64,000 nucleotides of DNA from a virus. Shown here piece by piece: positions 32,101 through 40,900 of this stretch. The stretch is taken from positions 29,864-93,863 of IMG/VR virus record IMGVR_UViG_3300045972_000146; one strand, 5' to 3'. How positions within the stretch are numbered: position 1 is the first letter of the stretch; each line of letters opens with the position of its first letter. Under the pieces are notes generated by a model, which worked only from the letters and a program-made list of their open reading frames with translations, was not told where the DNA came from and did not search any database. The position numbers were made by a program, and so were the translations under genes.

Positions 32101-33702
32101 AGAATTTATAAGAAGGTAATCTGATATAGGTCTAGTTCCAGCTGCAGATAAAAGTCCTCCAGTAGCTTTGTTGATAGCCCATGTAGCGGCCATATTACCA
32201 ATCATCCCAACAGCCATAGAAGATGAAGCTCCAACGCTTTGGAACGTACTTGCCAGTTCTGGATATTCTCTGTTTATTTCTTCATCAGGAGCTATTGTTC
32301 TATCCTTTGCCCATTGAAAATAAGATGCGTACCTTTCATTCGATTTTGCATCATCATACATCGCTTTTGTAGCTTCAGAATGCCATTTATTTCCAGCGGA
32401 AGTGTTATTTATATTCTTTCCGGCTAAAACATCATCTAAATTAGGCAATTTGTCCTTGAATTGGCCAGATGCCTTAGACCAATTTACTATATCATCTCCT
32501 AGAATACCATTAATTTCTTGCAGATCGTCCGGAATTTCATTATCATTCAGCTTTCTCCAACCTAAATTTTGATTTACCGCTTCGGAATTTGAATACATTC
32601 CATACGCAGAGCCTAGAGCTCCAGCAGCCCGAGGAATATAACTAGCAGCGCCTGGCAACATCATTGCTATTGACATTGGAGTTATAGTCTTTTCAGATAA
32701 AAAATTAGCATGATCAAATACGTATGATCCGATTCCTTCTTTATTTACAATTCTAGACGCGGCCTCAGTTCTATCTCTAAGTATAGATTCATCTATATCT
32801 TTTTGAGAGTTCTGAAAGAATCTACTTTTTGGATCTAAATCGCCAAAGACAGATCTAAGCGGGTTTTCTATATCTCCAAGTATTCTAGATGGATTTTTCG
32901 CCCATGAATTTAAAATTGTTGGAGCAGACTGCAATGTATTAGCGGTTGCGTCAACCCAATCTGCCTTTTCTACAGAGTTATTTATTATATTTTTCTTTAG
33001 ATCTTCTTTGTATTTCAACTCACTATCTGGAGCTGCAGGAGCGGAGTAACTAAACCCAGCCTGAGATAACTTTAATGCCTTAATAGGATCATATGTAGCA
33101 TTCTCATCAGAAAGATTTCTCTGTTTCCTTTGTGGTGCTTCGTATCCAAAGTATGTCTCATTTTGCTTTTCTTTATATAGATTTATAAGTCTATATGCGT
33201 CTGGATTAGATGCATTGGCATTAAGATTATCTGCCGCATGAAGATATGGAGTTATCTCATTTCTAGTCTTTTGCTCAAACCAAGTTAGTCCGGTATTATA
33301 CACCCCGGCAAATACATTCAATGCAGAGTTTCCAGACAGATCAAATATAGTTCTATCTTTTTTTGGTTGTTCTGGCTGAATAGGAGAGTTTGAATTGTCA
33401 CTTTTTACTGGCTTTTCATTTCTCCTTAGTTCTGGATTAGCAGTATCCACGTAAGATGGAGATGGCTGGCTTTCATTAAAAACAGAATCGCTACTAACTA
33501 TATCTGGTCTTTCCGGATGGTCAGTAGGTGTTTGTTTTTTTTGTACAGATTCTTGTGCGGGTTGAACCGTCCTATCAAGTCTATTATACATTTCTTGTTC
33601 TTTGTAGGGGCGATTAGAAATAGCAGAGGTCGGAGCTATGTCCGACCATCTCATACTACCGCTATTTAGCGCGGCCCTAATATCATTTTTATTTATTTCC
33701 AT
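20101..33702 (-). CDS. Giant virion DNA-dependent RNA polymerase (crAss-type) fused to a zincin domain
   Basis: 4533 aa; YRIPTQG and GSDFDIDK catalytic motif (about 23383-23397); HEAYH zincin motif (about 27817-27831). Confidence 0.9.
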   Translation of the reverse strand: MEINKNDIRAALNSGSMRWSDIAPTSAISNRPYKEQEMYNRLDRTVQPAQESVQKKQTPTDHPERPDIVSSDSVFNESQPSPSYVDTANPELRRNEKPVKSDNSNSPIQPEQPKKDRTIFDLSGNSALNVFAGVYNTGLTWFEQKTRNEITPYLHAADNLNANASNPDAYRLINLYKEKQNETYFGYEAPQRKQRNLSDENATYDPIKALKLSQAGFSYSAPAAPDSELKYKEDLKKNIINNSVEKADWVDATANTLQSAPTILNSWAKNPSRILGDIENPLRSVFGDLDPKSRFFQNSQKDIDESILRDRTEAASRIVNKEGIGSYVFDHANFLSEKTITPMSIAMMLPGAASYIPRAAGALGSAYGMYSNSEAVNQNLGWRKLNDNEIPDDLQEINGILGDDIVNWSKASGQFKDKLPNLDDVLAGKNINNTSAGNKWHSEATKAMYDDAKSNERYASYFQWAKDRTIAPDEEINREYPELASTFQSVGASSSMAVGMIGNMAATWAINKATGGLLSAAGTRPISDYLLINSGNVAKAMSNAYLSVKSRESEAYSQAIQSYDKRFSENLNSKLGLDVFDGDKFDDNKLLGLVDRNKSLAQFANSDTKNISNEMASGVVGNYDNAVAELTKNGALSKETRGKLISDIKSGFLKTSVDKEISAARNHANEGMDEYLRRYMGLLPIDMLENAYISMPFNKLKIANANKFDKSLFGSVNRTSEMVTDYITESKLGRMGSSVSNFKVGKVRIGAAPEFVGRTAKKMVVAGLTEAFLEENPQQLIQERYEDGSGNKNSANFIDVLKNTAGSASSAAMALIGVGDDARYQQKIWDNFKNVIVTTGIHTSMMGSIGVVKEMQDSQKDQKAKAFVKANVLTQMQANDRLNKTNVYVDKQIQGKEANVINYLEKLAQNPPEGISHEDIKEELAIAKKTMLVANSKTVLGYANRAGGVGSENHKLLTSLIMDHENSAKQEVINGVISASDYVNIKNEEFANHPINDFLDKHNLSHPDNQISDQSKKDIFDAIASVKALDAINFTAKATNEFTRRKLENLNESLDTRREKAARTLHDALFASGLTEATRDANVTFSSVKQELADLEIPDIENRIVEPLGLSHIAAISSNYESWMKDNLTNSPVDKVNKLSKRDHDIYVDKILDMYRESRKTENEIERTKEAVDQVKAEKIDIQPVAPTYESSSDPIGETAETVEAEKPWHETIPEHKITPVETVGGYTGNADLVGEDMEDDGFVFDRPDIQPEESIADDADKLISELEKATLVEEAAEEESPEKTAAESNTESNQKAIDSIKDTDEINDILDDDDSAAINELADITPAIIATESIKHDRISRTLFADIKLPHVKAFLMNPEAFKSAKVRIVVNRHHNGTVAVYTIPAGTNRDGGKNTITGEDYSAPNNFDITNPSTWDNAYIKVEVKYMDGKIEKTIPFNIKNPGEREFVTEDNGIKKYSTDEVQALRDFRNSIIAEQAKVSADNSLELRMVNGFERGISKLALNRDKNDRAVQRGLHEVVGLIDESDPNKLGVHNLVMAYGRGEKGGNLVVSLYESVGVSNSENAGSIFITKPDPINPTGEVKIKVNKKKVGLDSGTAELIYKLAVELGGSTARQISLNEKGEVIAINSTSPFGLTPAALLHRIVNFGEGTHVGEDGKDFLKQKQFYIASGILYYGENKVPLVTINDTQKADILRYINENLTWGIDKNDLWNSETNSDNLVSDLFPGLKSHLDHSDKNSVKFAPGVEFTKEDMDITWTAWLVKNNKITSDLADGVFEPPFLFMTDVKSVAKGSENIVSVPGGAYNTSSTQQKIDAENERYETALKAGIVGSGAKLNHENILNEIATESSIQDIASDQTETSAEIANEIVEKTEAPAKPLSFFDDFGAPRLIDVNNMPSNTIDEDKAVEFLRKKLGGKFDINIVSDVISLSNGDFAQGLTKRRSIDIFDLAQEGTEFHEAYHRASLLLISRKRRMSIYDNIRKNEIAFENATDSEIEEFLAERFRDRLLTNNVDTKNGSLINNVFRRIYNAFDAYKNFTDKDIERLYRDIELGVLRTKGINRKSAYEFSEKYEEGAAKRFRDSGLTSLKTVEAKDRLINSLTYYLFRLNDIETIDNIENLDYNKLKSSILATAEGYKGNPEEENKYKLFQEVYDKFDSYFLPEIKKSVKNTGITERTEKVSDIDEEIVSKEAASHDKASYEISKRDNIRAEVKFFIRNIPESEMVNNTPMAKTDPLSGLPSFVEFELAWNTMVYELHKENTVDGMKAKIADLATTKNNPFFIMLERRLSKMNDNFLTKFWNTMYSHRHDYINTVYNAKSAKEGSEYEKSIRNISSNIDRAERELPMFWGQNMLSDGMIYSMTEEGRVFNKANAIQIKQHYDELAAIVNKSMSVEDSNKALSAFTSLLNKVAIDVDAETMDFIINNKYQGLSRQQAVSAIIKDYKSTAKIFTTILPQIIKSNGEKGNVKLKDVTPKVLLGGENSIKEYALAYAKVHPNANEVMTYGADGATLYQISSRNTVTDVIDRVSDDKEYLKSLLSVPINQGSILFKQAAGKSFKGISFGTFVKIYEEGVADQGRDYFDISPLEDYTIKMSNLLSSNIALPAMADKKTYGFIFGVKMPNMISTTANAQRMTWFNNKISYPKEAVDIFDGYYKAEFNAIKQAWQQVKDAQGNKKLLIENYHYAGPKSTKWAAGHGNGLRFRYMDSLYVHSTTPGDEYNGLIDLNAYIDKVVATRGPQVGYDAAMDEAIDRLDKKFFSENYENRSKMISSTITSATKSEMDYALSIGLIGKNVNSYTATMDNPAKGVKIGDIVTSTSYYNKSIDQAIYNANLAIYKAAGISDENADMVTIANILSNTAINSVISEFETDKLISKDLAYYANSDDKTKRLSSVLSTGTALRNSFPEGHVLHGISSFNVAELNDSKVISTELSDIKDRSYAAQVNRLMQQSGSAVVSDLYDIYSDKSRKEELDALKTDYPKQFALAEALVDKQSKAYENVNVTDATVYVSPYMYRSMLTRLGEDYFTKDMDEAFNLMESNDMSWMNDPEKYAKVADLALHPLKMVYFGESFYDGLNVPKLDKMAMFLLPKFMATGDLKVLYDKMNKKRSDGSHDISSVDMAAFSTAVKVGNDNPVSVHIDKAESALSDLKDLKSSPQSFDYLRHQLPTEPHEGAEMSIATQVQKASMGNIVPTDVYENITINGQKGATGQQLIEEWNGAMSELSDRGKLEVEKQFGLKLDPESGTYNFNTKNMYDFLAKEAENSNMPSDVSEILSEFDEKNPTANPLQALVDNAFVESKILSSILKKTVDIKAPGGMFIQMTPFGLKHSDDSSAAYKLNGGKKLRFLNPDGSMDCVVSVNIFKDILPSTLKTHEEKVNWLKTNNIIGENSAPSAMGYRIPTQGLSSISGLKITDVLPEFMGDTVILPYEFTALTGSDFDIDKLYITRYNYSKNKETGEVFKSTMNDSKENKWKQNSTKAIQNRFIDVMMAVITNPNSTNETRIPLDAVTDQVKETLATIDKYNSEGKEFEAFSKSRLSYESKKKLEYSGGKQGIPTFALAGVNHVLSQISKLRFKPKGVAKKFMIDNVGKIYAQDGSRILDWLSAMVNAHVDVAKDPYIIRMGVNANTYKMVALLLRSGYGAKTFLFLSQPVFRDVYKTMDSKGSEYLSGIRNAKKTTIEQEIEKLIPIYKKEAESLAKNSHDVGQLNALYTKDKNGKQIVNNEDAFMEHTLVNGLSRKNKNFDYYYSQLVALETFKELSPYAGALSELVKYSQVDTKKAGNSFNSQRLFFNKVKEMIKAKGLFANLPEYFNNTFIYAKLKNSAGLAENLSQGILFRTTRSVEKSANTILQAMGRDTQDNRDMIMKVNKYIDSKLKSTFFDKLAEDRGVDVPGLFFGKETLAKRLFSIQQRFPNEVKDNYFLRGMSTEMYSPFEAERPDHIRPRNNNTNEPGLTEKLKQHFSSLLVSDNTEIKKFAEDFILYQFYSTGDNHASNTVKISEYDRRDLGYYDFVREKLSELASTDNDALSSKDLSDIFINRWYDNELVPSIEHYTTESDIEINDGKPYKRYMPSIDSTKRINGLEYPLAFVHDTATPLFGKDMDGVRDSHFAPFVKIQMFPQEETPFYVLYKLIGDVPTGKEKSPYNPLYIAIDKLGSRKDALSVVEHNATRSMIKDNILPQSLAGVNKITDQDYTKAMFDSGMGWDGKKFTNQEGTFAHMMNTRVPIADIFGYNREKFDYGQDYDMSVSDNTLKESVANAIEKAISTGDYSMETLENAVTEFGHPNEAQFKAAEHMYTKVILERSDEVKPIFDENVSIDTDNALEELKTRLEAYLQPIMDDSSEYSGYFDKKEEQMPDSNVQTEATWSEESMSSASETQEELSTEQTSPIQEHIQRANISELQDKIATLEDELDEKLDEMEDISEDDADQIKITNDEIKAIKSEINSLKSQITNTHMSNLLPTNQDNQEAIAKNVEDVNKFRAEQGLNKKTVEELWATYRFKIERKTPGTTMSDIMKVSDEIGLSNLEDYLKKCY

Positions 33703-33726
33703 TAGAACTGTATTTGTTTTTTTTAT

Positions 33727-35697
33727 TTATTCTTCTCCAGACTCTGAAATAGTGGTAGATTGTTCTGATCCGCTTCTAGAATTTCCTTGATAATATTCTT
33801 TTCCTTGTCTATGTACTATGGATGCATTTATTGATCTATCTTGCATTTCTGTATTATCTCCAGATCCTCCCATGTAAGTTGGAATTGGTATATATTCTTT
33901 CTTAACACTTGCACTAGCCGCTCCGCCAGTAGAAGTTTCTATCGCCTCTTTATCTTTAGTTACTATATTTTCTGATCCATAAAGAGATTTAAGTACTCTG
34001 TATTGATCAATAGTTAATTCATCAGCAGGAACATAATACGCAGAAGAGTGAATACTTCCACCGCCTGTTATAAGAGAGCTAGTTCCAGGTACTGCAAATC
34101 CTTTTTTGTCATAATATCCATTCTTCAAGTTATTTGTGAATGACGTCAATGCAGGACCAGCTTCTTTTGCTAATTTAGTTCTTTTAAATCTCTCAACGCC
34201 TTCTGCTACGAATTTTCCATTACTTGGATCTCCATTGGCTGTTCTAAGAAGAAGTTTGTGATTATCTCCTACAAATCCATTCAATTGAACACCGCCAGTA
34301 GTAACAACCTTAGTTGGAGTTCCAAATGATATCTCGGCAGATGTATTAGTCAGTATTCCAGGAGCATCAACAGTATTAAGTCCAATTATATCAGATTTAG
34401 TAAAAATAGCACTCTTGCCTGTTAACGCCTTGTTTTCTTCATTATGAACCGTATTAGCATAGGCGGAGCTATTTGCATTCATTATTGCTTCTGCTTGAGC
34501 TTTCTGTTTGTTCCATGATTTAAGTTGATTATCAAAATCAACAGTTGGAGCCCCGCTAGCCTGAGCTATGGCTCTTTTAGAATTTATTTCTGATATGCGA
34601 GCATTTATCTCATTTCTATCTCCTAACTGAGTAAGATAAGTTGCGGTAGCAGGTCCAAACATTTTTGAAACTACTCCAAATTTATCTGCATTTGGAAATC
34701 TAGCTAATTGCTCATTAACATAATTAACAACATATTGCGACTTGTTATCAAACGTTTCTAATTGTTTATCCTTAGTCCACTGTCCTACTATATCCTGACT
34801 ATTCTTTTTCCACTCAAATTCTTTTTCTCTCTGAGCTAACATTTGTCTATGATATAATTTAGTTTCAGCAGCGGCATTAGAAGCAGCTCCTTGAGAGTCA
34901 AATTCATACGTCACTCCAGTAGTAGCATCCATTTTAGATTGAGATATCCTATCTTTAGCATACATGTTTTTCCAATTAGATTTAAGTGATTTCTCACCAG
35001 TCTCTGGGTTTACATCATAGTACTTTGGGTCAGTTACTTTTCCTTCTTGTAAGTCTTTCTTTGCAAGTAAGTCTACGTGAGGATCAGTCATTATATTTGC
35101 TTCTTTAGCATTAACAGTACTTACCACATCCTCTGGATGTATTCTAGACTGCCAATATCCATTTGTCGGTTTTAAGTCTCTCTTTGCTTTTACGTCCTTA
35201 AGGTACTCGTCTCCTTTTGCTTCCCACGATTTATAGTCCAAGGTTTGTCCAGAATATATTTGTCCAGAACCTTTAGTATCATAATTTTTAAACACATCGC
35301 CATAAACAGACCCCCATTGAGGATCGGCTTTTGCTGCAGCCTGTTTAAGATTAGCCTTGGACTCAATCATATTAGTAGCATTAGGGTCATTTTGTATTCT
35401 TCTTTTCAAAGAAGCCAGACCGCTTAATACCTCTGGATTAGTTAAATCATAGTTACTCTGTACTTTATTGTCTACAAAGTCTGATATTTGGCTACCATAG
35501 TCCTTATTCCAGTTCTCATTATCTACTTGAGATAGAGAACCCAATGATCTCATTGTCTGAAGATTGTCTAGAATCTCAGTTCCTTTATCCATGTTTGATT
35601 GAGCTTTATCAGCAACCTTATACATAGAGTCAAATTGTATCGGCACATACGTATTAATAAATTGAGCCTGTGCCGGGCTATCGTATAAATTTACCAT
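33727..35697 (-). CDS. Putative virion cargo/ejection protein
   Basis: N-terminal YDSPAQAQFINTYVPI pattern; position between muzzle and vRNAP genes. Confidence 0.6.
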   Translation of the reverse strand: MVNLYDSPAQAQFINTYVPIQFDSMYKVADKAQSNMDKGTEILDNLQTMRSLGSLSQVDNENWNKDYGSQISDFVDNKVQSNYDLTNPEVLSGLASLKRRIQNDPNATNMIESKANLKQAAAKADPQWGSVYGDVFKNYDTKGSGQIYSGQTLDYKSWEAKGDEYLKDVKAKRDLKPTNGYWQSRIHPEDVVSTVNAKEANIMTDPHVDLLAKKDLQEGKVTDPKYYDVNPETGEKSLKSNWKNMYAKDRISQSKMDATTGVTYEFDSQGAASNAAAETKLYHRQMLAQREKEFEWKKNSQDIVGQWTKDKQLETFDNKSQYVVNYVNEQLARFPNADKFGVVSKMFGPATATYLTQLGDRNEINARISEINSKRAIAQASGAPTVDFDNQLKSWNKQKAQAEAIMNANSSAYANTVHNEENKALTGKSAIFTKSDIIGLNTVDAPGILTNTSAEISFGTPTKVVTTGGVQLNGFVGDNHKLLLRTANGDPSNGKFVAEGVERFKRTKLAKEAGPALTSFTNNLKNGYYDKKGFAVPGTSSLITGGGSIHSSAYYVPADELTIDQYRVLKSLYGSENIVTKDKEAIETSTGGAASASVKKEYIPIPTYMGGSGDNTEMQDRSINASIVHRQGKEYYQGNSRSGSEQSTTISESGEE

Positions 35698-37418
35698 TAT
35701 GCTGCAATTCCTAACATTCCGTTTAATTTCTTTCTATCCTCTGGTCTCATCGCAGAGTTATACAAACTATATACATATGCATTTAGTTTATCATTCTTTT
35801 TCTGATTGCCCATCAATTCTTGAGATTGAGCAAATTGACTTAACATCTCTATATTCTTAGAGCCCATATTTCTAGAGGCTGCTCTATTCCTTGCATTTAA
35901 ATCGTATACTCGCCTATTCTCATTAGATGCTAATTCTGATTGTTGATTATATCTATTTGCATAATCATTAATATATCCATTGTTAGCCATCTGAGCTTTG
36001 CCCATTAAGTTATCAGTTTGCTCAACGCCTCTACCATATAAATCAGCTCCAAACGCTTGACTGGCTCCAGTACCAACGCCCATTACTGAGTTATTGTATC
36101 TAGAGATCTGTCTTTGTTTTGCGGCATCAGCAAGCTCAGAAGATACATTGTATCTCTGATTTGGATTTATATAATTGTTATATATAGGACTAACTACTTC
36201 TGGTTGAGAATTAAGTGCATTATATGCCATTGGAGACAAAGATGCTATCTTATTGCCCAATGAAGAAAGCTTATCTCCAATACTAGTGTCTAAGACGCTC
36301 GTAGACGCATTCTTAGGCGCATTTAAGGCATTATCTTTCGTTAGTTGAACATTTTCACCGCCAATTAGCTTAGATGCCGTAGAACCGCTTATATTAAGCA
36401 TATCAGGCACACCCATAGTCTTTGGTTTATCATCAATAGTGTATGCAGCGTCATTGGGAGTAAATTTCATAAGGCTATTTAACTCTTCGAAGCTAGGAGT
36501 TCCATTTTTAAATCCTGGAACCTGACCATAAAGATTTGAAGTGCTAGTATTATTTGCAATAACATTAAACTTATTTAAGTTATTTGCCTGATTCTGTATG
36601 TTAGATAAATTCAATTTAATTGTCTTTTCTCTAAGTGAGTCTAATTTCATTTCTCCTTCTTTTGGATTTAATGCTTTTTGATTTGCCTTCTGCACTCTTT
36701 CTGCTCTTGCCATAATATCTGCAGGCGTTGATTTGCCTCCAGGAAGTATTTGTTTTGCTTGATTACTAAATACTGATGATCCTTGAGTTAGATTGGCAGG
36801 AACTGTATCTGGGTTAGATGAGTTATATTGACCTGGAACTTGATTTAACTGACCGGTTTGACCGTCTCTAACTACTTCCTCTGGAGCTATAATTGCATTT
36901 GGCTTATTAGAATTTGCTATTCCAGACCTAAACATTGGAGTTCCTTTTTCTAATCCAGGTACTCTATTGTTAGTAGTGTTTCTAATATTATATTTAGCAT
37001 TAACTCCTTGTGATATAGAGGTATTATTTGCTACATTAGAATTAGCCAATGTTTGTCTTTTCTCTGCTTGCTGAGCTTGATCTCCAGTAATAGCAGTCAT
37101 TGTCCCTATTCCAGCTCCAACTACAGCTCCACCAATAGCACCCCAAGGGCCTAAAGCAGCTCCTATTGAAGCATATTTACCTGTATCTCCAAGTATATTT
37201 CCAGCATAAGAACCAATAGAACTAGCATCATCATTCTTTAATAGACCGCCAACTCCACTTGCAATATTGCCAATACCACCCATAAGATTAGCATCAGACT
37301 GACCTTGTTGGGTAATTCCCTTGGCATCATACCATGGATCTCCGGCTGCTATTCTTGGCAAATTTATTTTTTTAACTTTCTTCTGTGGAAAGCTTTTTAT
37401 TGTAATACTTTTATTCAT
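35697..37418 (-). CDS. Putative virion cargo/ejection protein with a Gly-rich membrane-like segment
   Basis: GAALGPWGAIGGAVVGAGIG segment; N/Q-rich tail; synteny. Confidence 0.6.
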   Translation of the reverse strand: MNKSITIKSFPQKKVKKINLPRIAAGDPWYDAKGITQQGQSDANLMGGIGNIASGVGGLLKNDDASSIGSYAGNILGDTGKYASIGAALGPWGAIGGAVVGAGIGTMTAITGDQAQQAEKRQTLANSNVANNTSISQGVNAKYNIRNTTNNRVPGLEKGTPMFRSGIANSNKPNAIIAPEEVVRDGQTGQLNQVPGQYNSSNPDTVPANLTQGSSVFSNQAKQILPGGKSTPADIMARAERVQKANQKALNPKEGEMKLDSLREKTIKLNLSNIQNQANNLNKFNVIANNTSTSNLYGQVPGFKNGTPSFEELNSLMKFTPNDAAYTIDDKPKTMGVPDMLNISGSTASKLIGGENVQLTKDNALNAPKNASTSVLDTSIGDKLSSLGNKIASLSPMAYNALNSQPEVVSPIYNNYINPNQRYNVSSELADAAKQRQISRYNNSVMGVGTGASQAFGADLYGRGVEQTDNLMGKAQMANNGYINDYANRYNQQSELASNENRRVYDLNARNRAASRNMGSKNIEMLSQFAQSQELMGNQKKNDKLNAYVYSLYNSAMRPEDRKKLNGMLGIAA

Positions 37419-37419
37419 A

Positions 37420-37956
37420 TTATATCATTGAATGTCTATAAGTTGTTTCTATATATGGAATTGTAAATTGAGTTCCATTTGTAGTAAATAAGAAATTTGA
37501 TTTAAGGAATTTGCCTCTCATCCTAGAAGAGAACATTATCTCAGCCTCATCTCTAGGTATTGCAAATTTATATGTATCCTCTCTTTTAGTTATATTTTCC
37601 CATTTAACTTTATTGCTACTTTGGGTCTTAGTATCGAAGTTTATATCAAGTATGGTACTTTCTACATTGTCTCCAGAGAATGATACATTGTCAAATGTTT
37701 TTGTTTGTACGTACTCCCCATTAACTATATAGGATATAAACGAGTTATCATAAAAATGTGTTGTAATGTCACCAGTAGTACTGGGAGTTATTGACAACTC
37801 ATTGTATGCAGCGTCATTCGAATTATGTTTCCAAAGTACATTGTTTTCATCAAAGGAGTAATACTTGTTGCTGAAATCTAGATACCATTTTGGCTTAGAT
37901 GATATAAAGGACATATATGCCTTTAAGGGCTCTGAGTAATTAATTGTATTTAACAT
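37420..37956 (-). CDS. Probable C-terminal part of the tail muzzle/stabilization protein, encoded separately
   Basis: YIVNG..TKTFDN, KREDTYKFAIPR, RMRGK motifs resemble the ends of crAss stabilization proteins; TAATG overlap with the upstream gene. Confidence 0.6.
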   Translation of the reverse strand: MLNTINYSEPLKAYMSFISSKPKWYLDFSNKYYSFDENNVLWKHNSNDAAYNELSITPSTTGDITTHFYDNSFISYIVNGEYVQTKTFDNVSFSGDNVESTILDINFDTKTQSSNKVKWENITKREDTYKFAIPRDEAEIMFSSRMRGKFLKSNFLFTTNGTQFTIPYIETTYRHSMI

Positions 37957-40900
37957 TATTCAATTGTACTAGCATCCCTTATGCCATATAAAGTTAATAT
38001 TAGTTCATTATATTTCTTATCGTATATCATAGGTATGTTGTTCGATAACTCATCAACGCTTTTATTTAGAATGCTCTGAATTCCCTTGCCTTTAGATACA
38101 GATGATACATCTCCATTAAATACACACATTTCGTTATTATCTATGTCAAACCAATATATATTAGACTCCGAATTAGATATCCCGCCTATTGTTTTGAACT
38201 TGAATCCATTATTAATAGATACATAGTCGAATCTTGATAATATTCCAGAGGTGCCTAGAGTTAACGAACTTATATTGTTGTCTTTTATTAATGACCTTTC
38301 ATTTACTGCCAATACACCAAATGATTTATCTTGCCAAAAGAATAGTCTACTCTTGAATGTTTTAAGCTTAGTTATCTTTCCATACTTAGAATCTACATCC
38401 ATATAATTAGCTGGCTTAAATTTCATCCAACTATCGTATATCTCATCGTTTGTTTTTACATTAGAATATGCTACCCTAGAGTCAAAATTCTTATTATCTA
38501 TATCGGTAAGTAGTTTAGATGTATGCCCAAGTGCTATTTGTTCTGCTGAGTATGCAGCATTATAATCATACTGTTTATGGTCTTGAGTCGTGGTCCAAGC
38601 GCCTCCAGCAGATAGTGCTGGTCCATATACGCCAGGCTCATTTTGTATGTTGAAATTATAATCATCTGCTACGTACGCCTTAGAATTAACTAAATGCATA
38701 TTTATAGATGACTCTAATGGTATAAGTGCTCCAACGTGATTTGTCTGTGATAGTAATGAAATTGGCTCGGACGAATATGTATCAGAACTATATTTAGAAA
38801 AGTCTACCATTGGGTCTGTTGCATGGACTACTGTGTAGTCTAACAGTCCTATAAATGTATCTCCTCCAAATACATAACTAGATGCATCGGTAGAAGAAAC
38901 CTCAATCACAGCTCCAGTTGATATATATTCTGTAAATTGCCTATCTAATAATGACTTTCCACCATATATACCAGCATTCATATTTTTTATGTTTACTATG
39001 TACGTAGATAACTGACTAGTAGTTGCTCTTTCTATTGCAACTAATCCTTCATCAAATACACCATCAGTAAATACTTTTTTACTTGTCTGAACCTCTAATA
39101 TAGACGGTATAATATTATCGCCATCAAACGACATTATAATCTGAGGACCATGGATTCCCTGTATCTTACTTCTAGACGCAGCATTAGAGAATCTTCTATC
39201 TCCTTGGTCTGGGTCAGAGTCAGCATAACTAGTACCAGAGCCATATGTTAATGGCTTGGCCCAATTTAAATACGATTTATCTCCAATAGATATGTAACTA
39301 GCAGATTGTTCTCCTATTTTCTTTCCAGGAATTATATCGCCTGAATACTCAAAATTATCAATAGAAAACGTTGGTATACTTTTAATACTATAATATGCAC
39401 TTACAGTTCTGTCCTCTGCTGAATTAGAATTAAGTTTTACTAGTTTAAATTGATTTCCAGCTGCATCATTTTGAGCATACCTAGAAAAGTATTTAAACGT
39501 AGTACTACTGCTATCATTATCATTTGCAGTGTTAGATAGAGTTCTTGGTTTTGATACTGAATTTGTATCTATATTTGAATTATCTATTCCGGACTTGTAG
39601 TCAAATCTATTTATATCTTGATATCTAATAACGCCTCCTCCAGATAAGAACACTCTTGCTCCTGGTTCTATTTGCGATGGACCAGGTCCACTTACTAATA
39701 TATCAGATACGTCGGCGCTATTTCCTGCACTCTTTTTAGAGTTATCGGTTCCACTAGATAATGGATCAGAATAATCAATAACCTCATCTGTTCTGTCTCC
39801 AGGATATCCACTTGCAAAGTTAGATATACACCCAGCAAATCCAATTGGAAGAAGCATATAATCGTTATTTGGATTATATCCAGTAGCGTAATTCTTGGTA
39901 TTTATATCTGCACCTAGAAACATTCCAGAGGAGTATTTAGCAATAACAGAACCATCTACTCCATTAACAGTTCCAACCTTAAGTGCTGAAGTTAATTTAT
40001 CTTTTAAATTCCCATAATAACTTGTAGCGGAAGATCCACCACCATTAGTTTCCCATATAAATGTAGGAGTTGCTAGTGGGGATATTATATCTACCACCTC
40101 TAATTTCATTGAATTAGATTTATCTCTTAGTTTTTCTATGTAATCAACCCCATAATAACATGTTTCAGGAGTGACTAATCCTAAAAAGCTTTTGTTTGCA
40201 AAATATGGAGATATTGCGTGATCGGTATAATACAGTGTTTCTCTGTCACTATTACCAGAATAATTTATAGTAGGAATGCAATACCCTTCTCCATTAAACG
40301 TTACATATGTATCAAATGATATTTGATTACTTGCATATATTGGCGCTGCTATAGAATATAAATATCCCATAGACAATATTGGATGAGGTCTTAATGTTCC
40401 AGATATACCATTGTTTAGTATCTTAGTCTTATCAATTCCAACATTTCCTCCAAAAACTCCATAGTATTCATTCTTTTGAGTTCCTACTTTTTGTAGGGCT
40501 CCCTGCCCATATACAGTTTTATTATTGTTATCTCTCTTAGCCCTAACTATCTCTATCTTTTTTACAGTGGTAGGTATGTTTCTAAAAGTAAATTTCAATC
40601 CCAGTGGCTTAACTAGCAATTCCTGACTAGGTAGATACCCAGTATAATCTAATGTAGATTGTTCTTCTGGCATTTCAAAAGAATTAGACGACCAGTCCGA
40701 ACTGGTTTCATATCCAGCAGGGAATCGTATGTCTGCTATCCATCTAGCAGGGCTCCTTCTACCTTTTTTATCATAAAATACTGCAGCGAATCTATATATC
40801 TCGTCTCTCATATAAGAGGCGAAGGCGTTTGATAGGAGAGGATTAGAGTAATTTAAAAACCCATTATGCCTTTCTATTCCAAAATTAGATAGACTTACTG

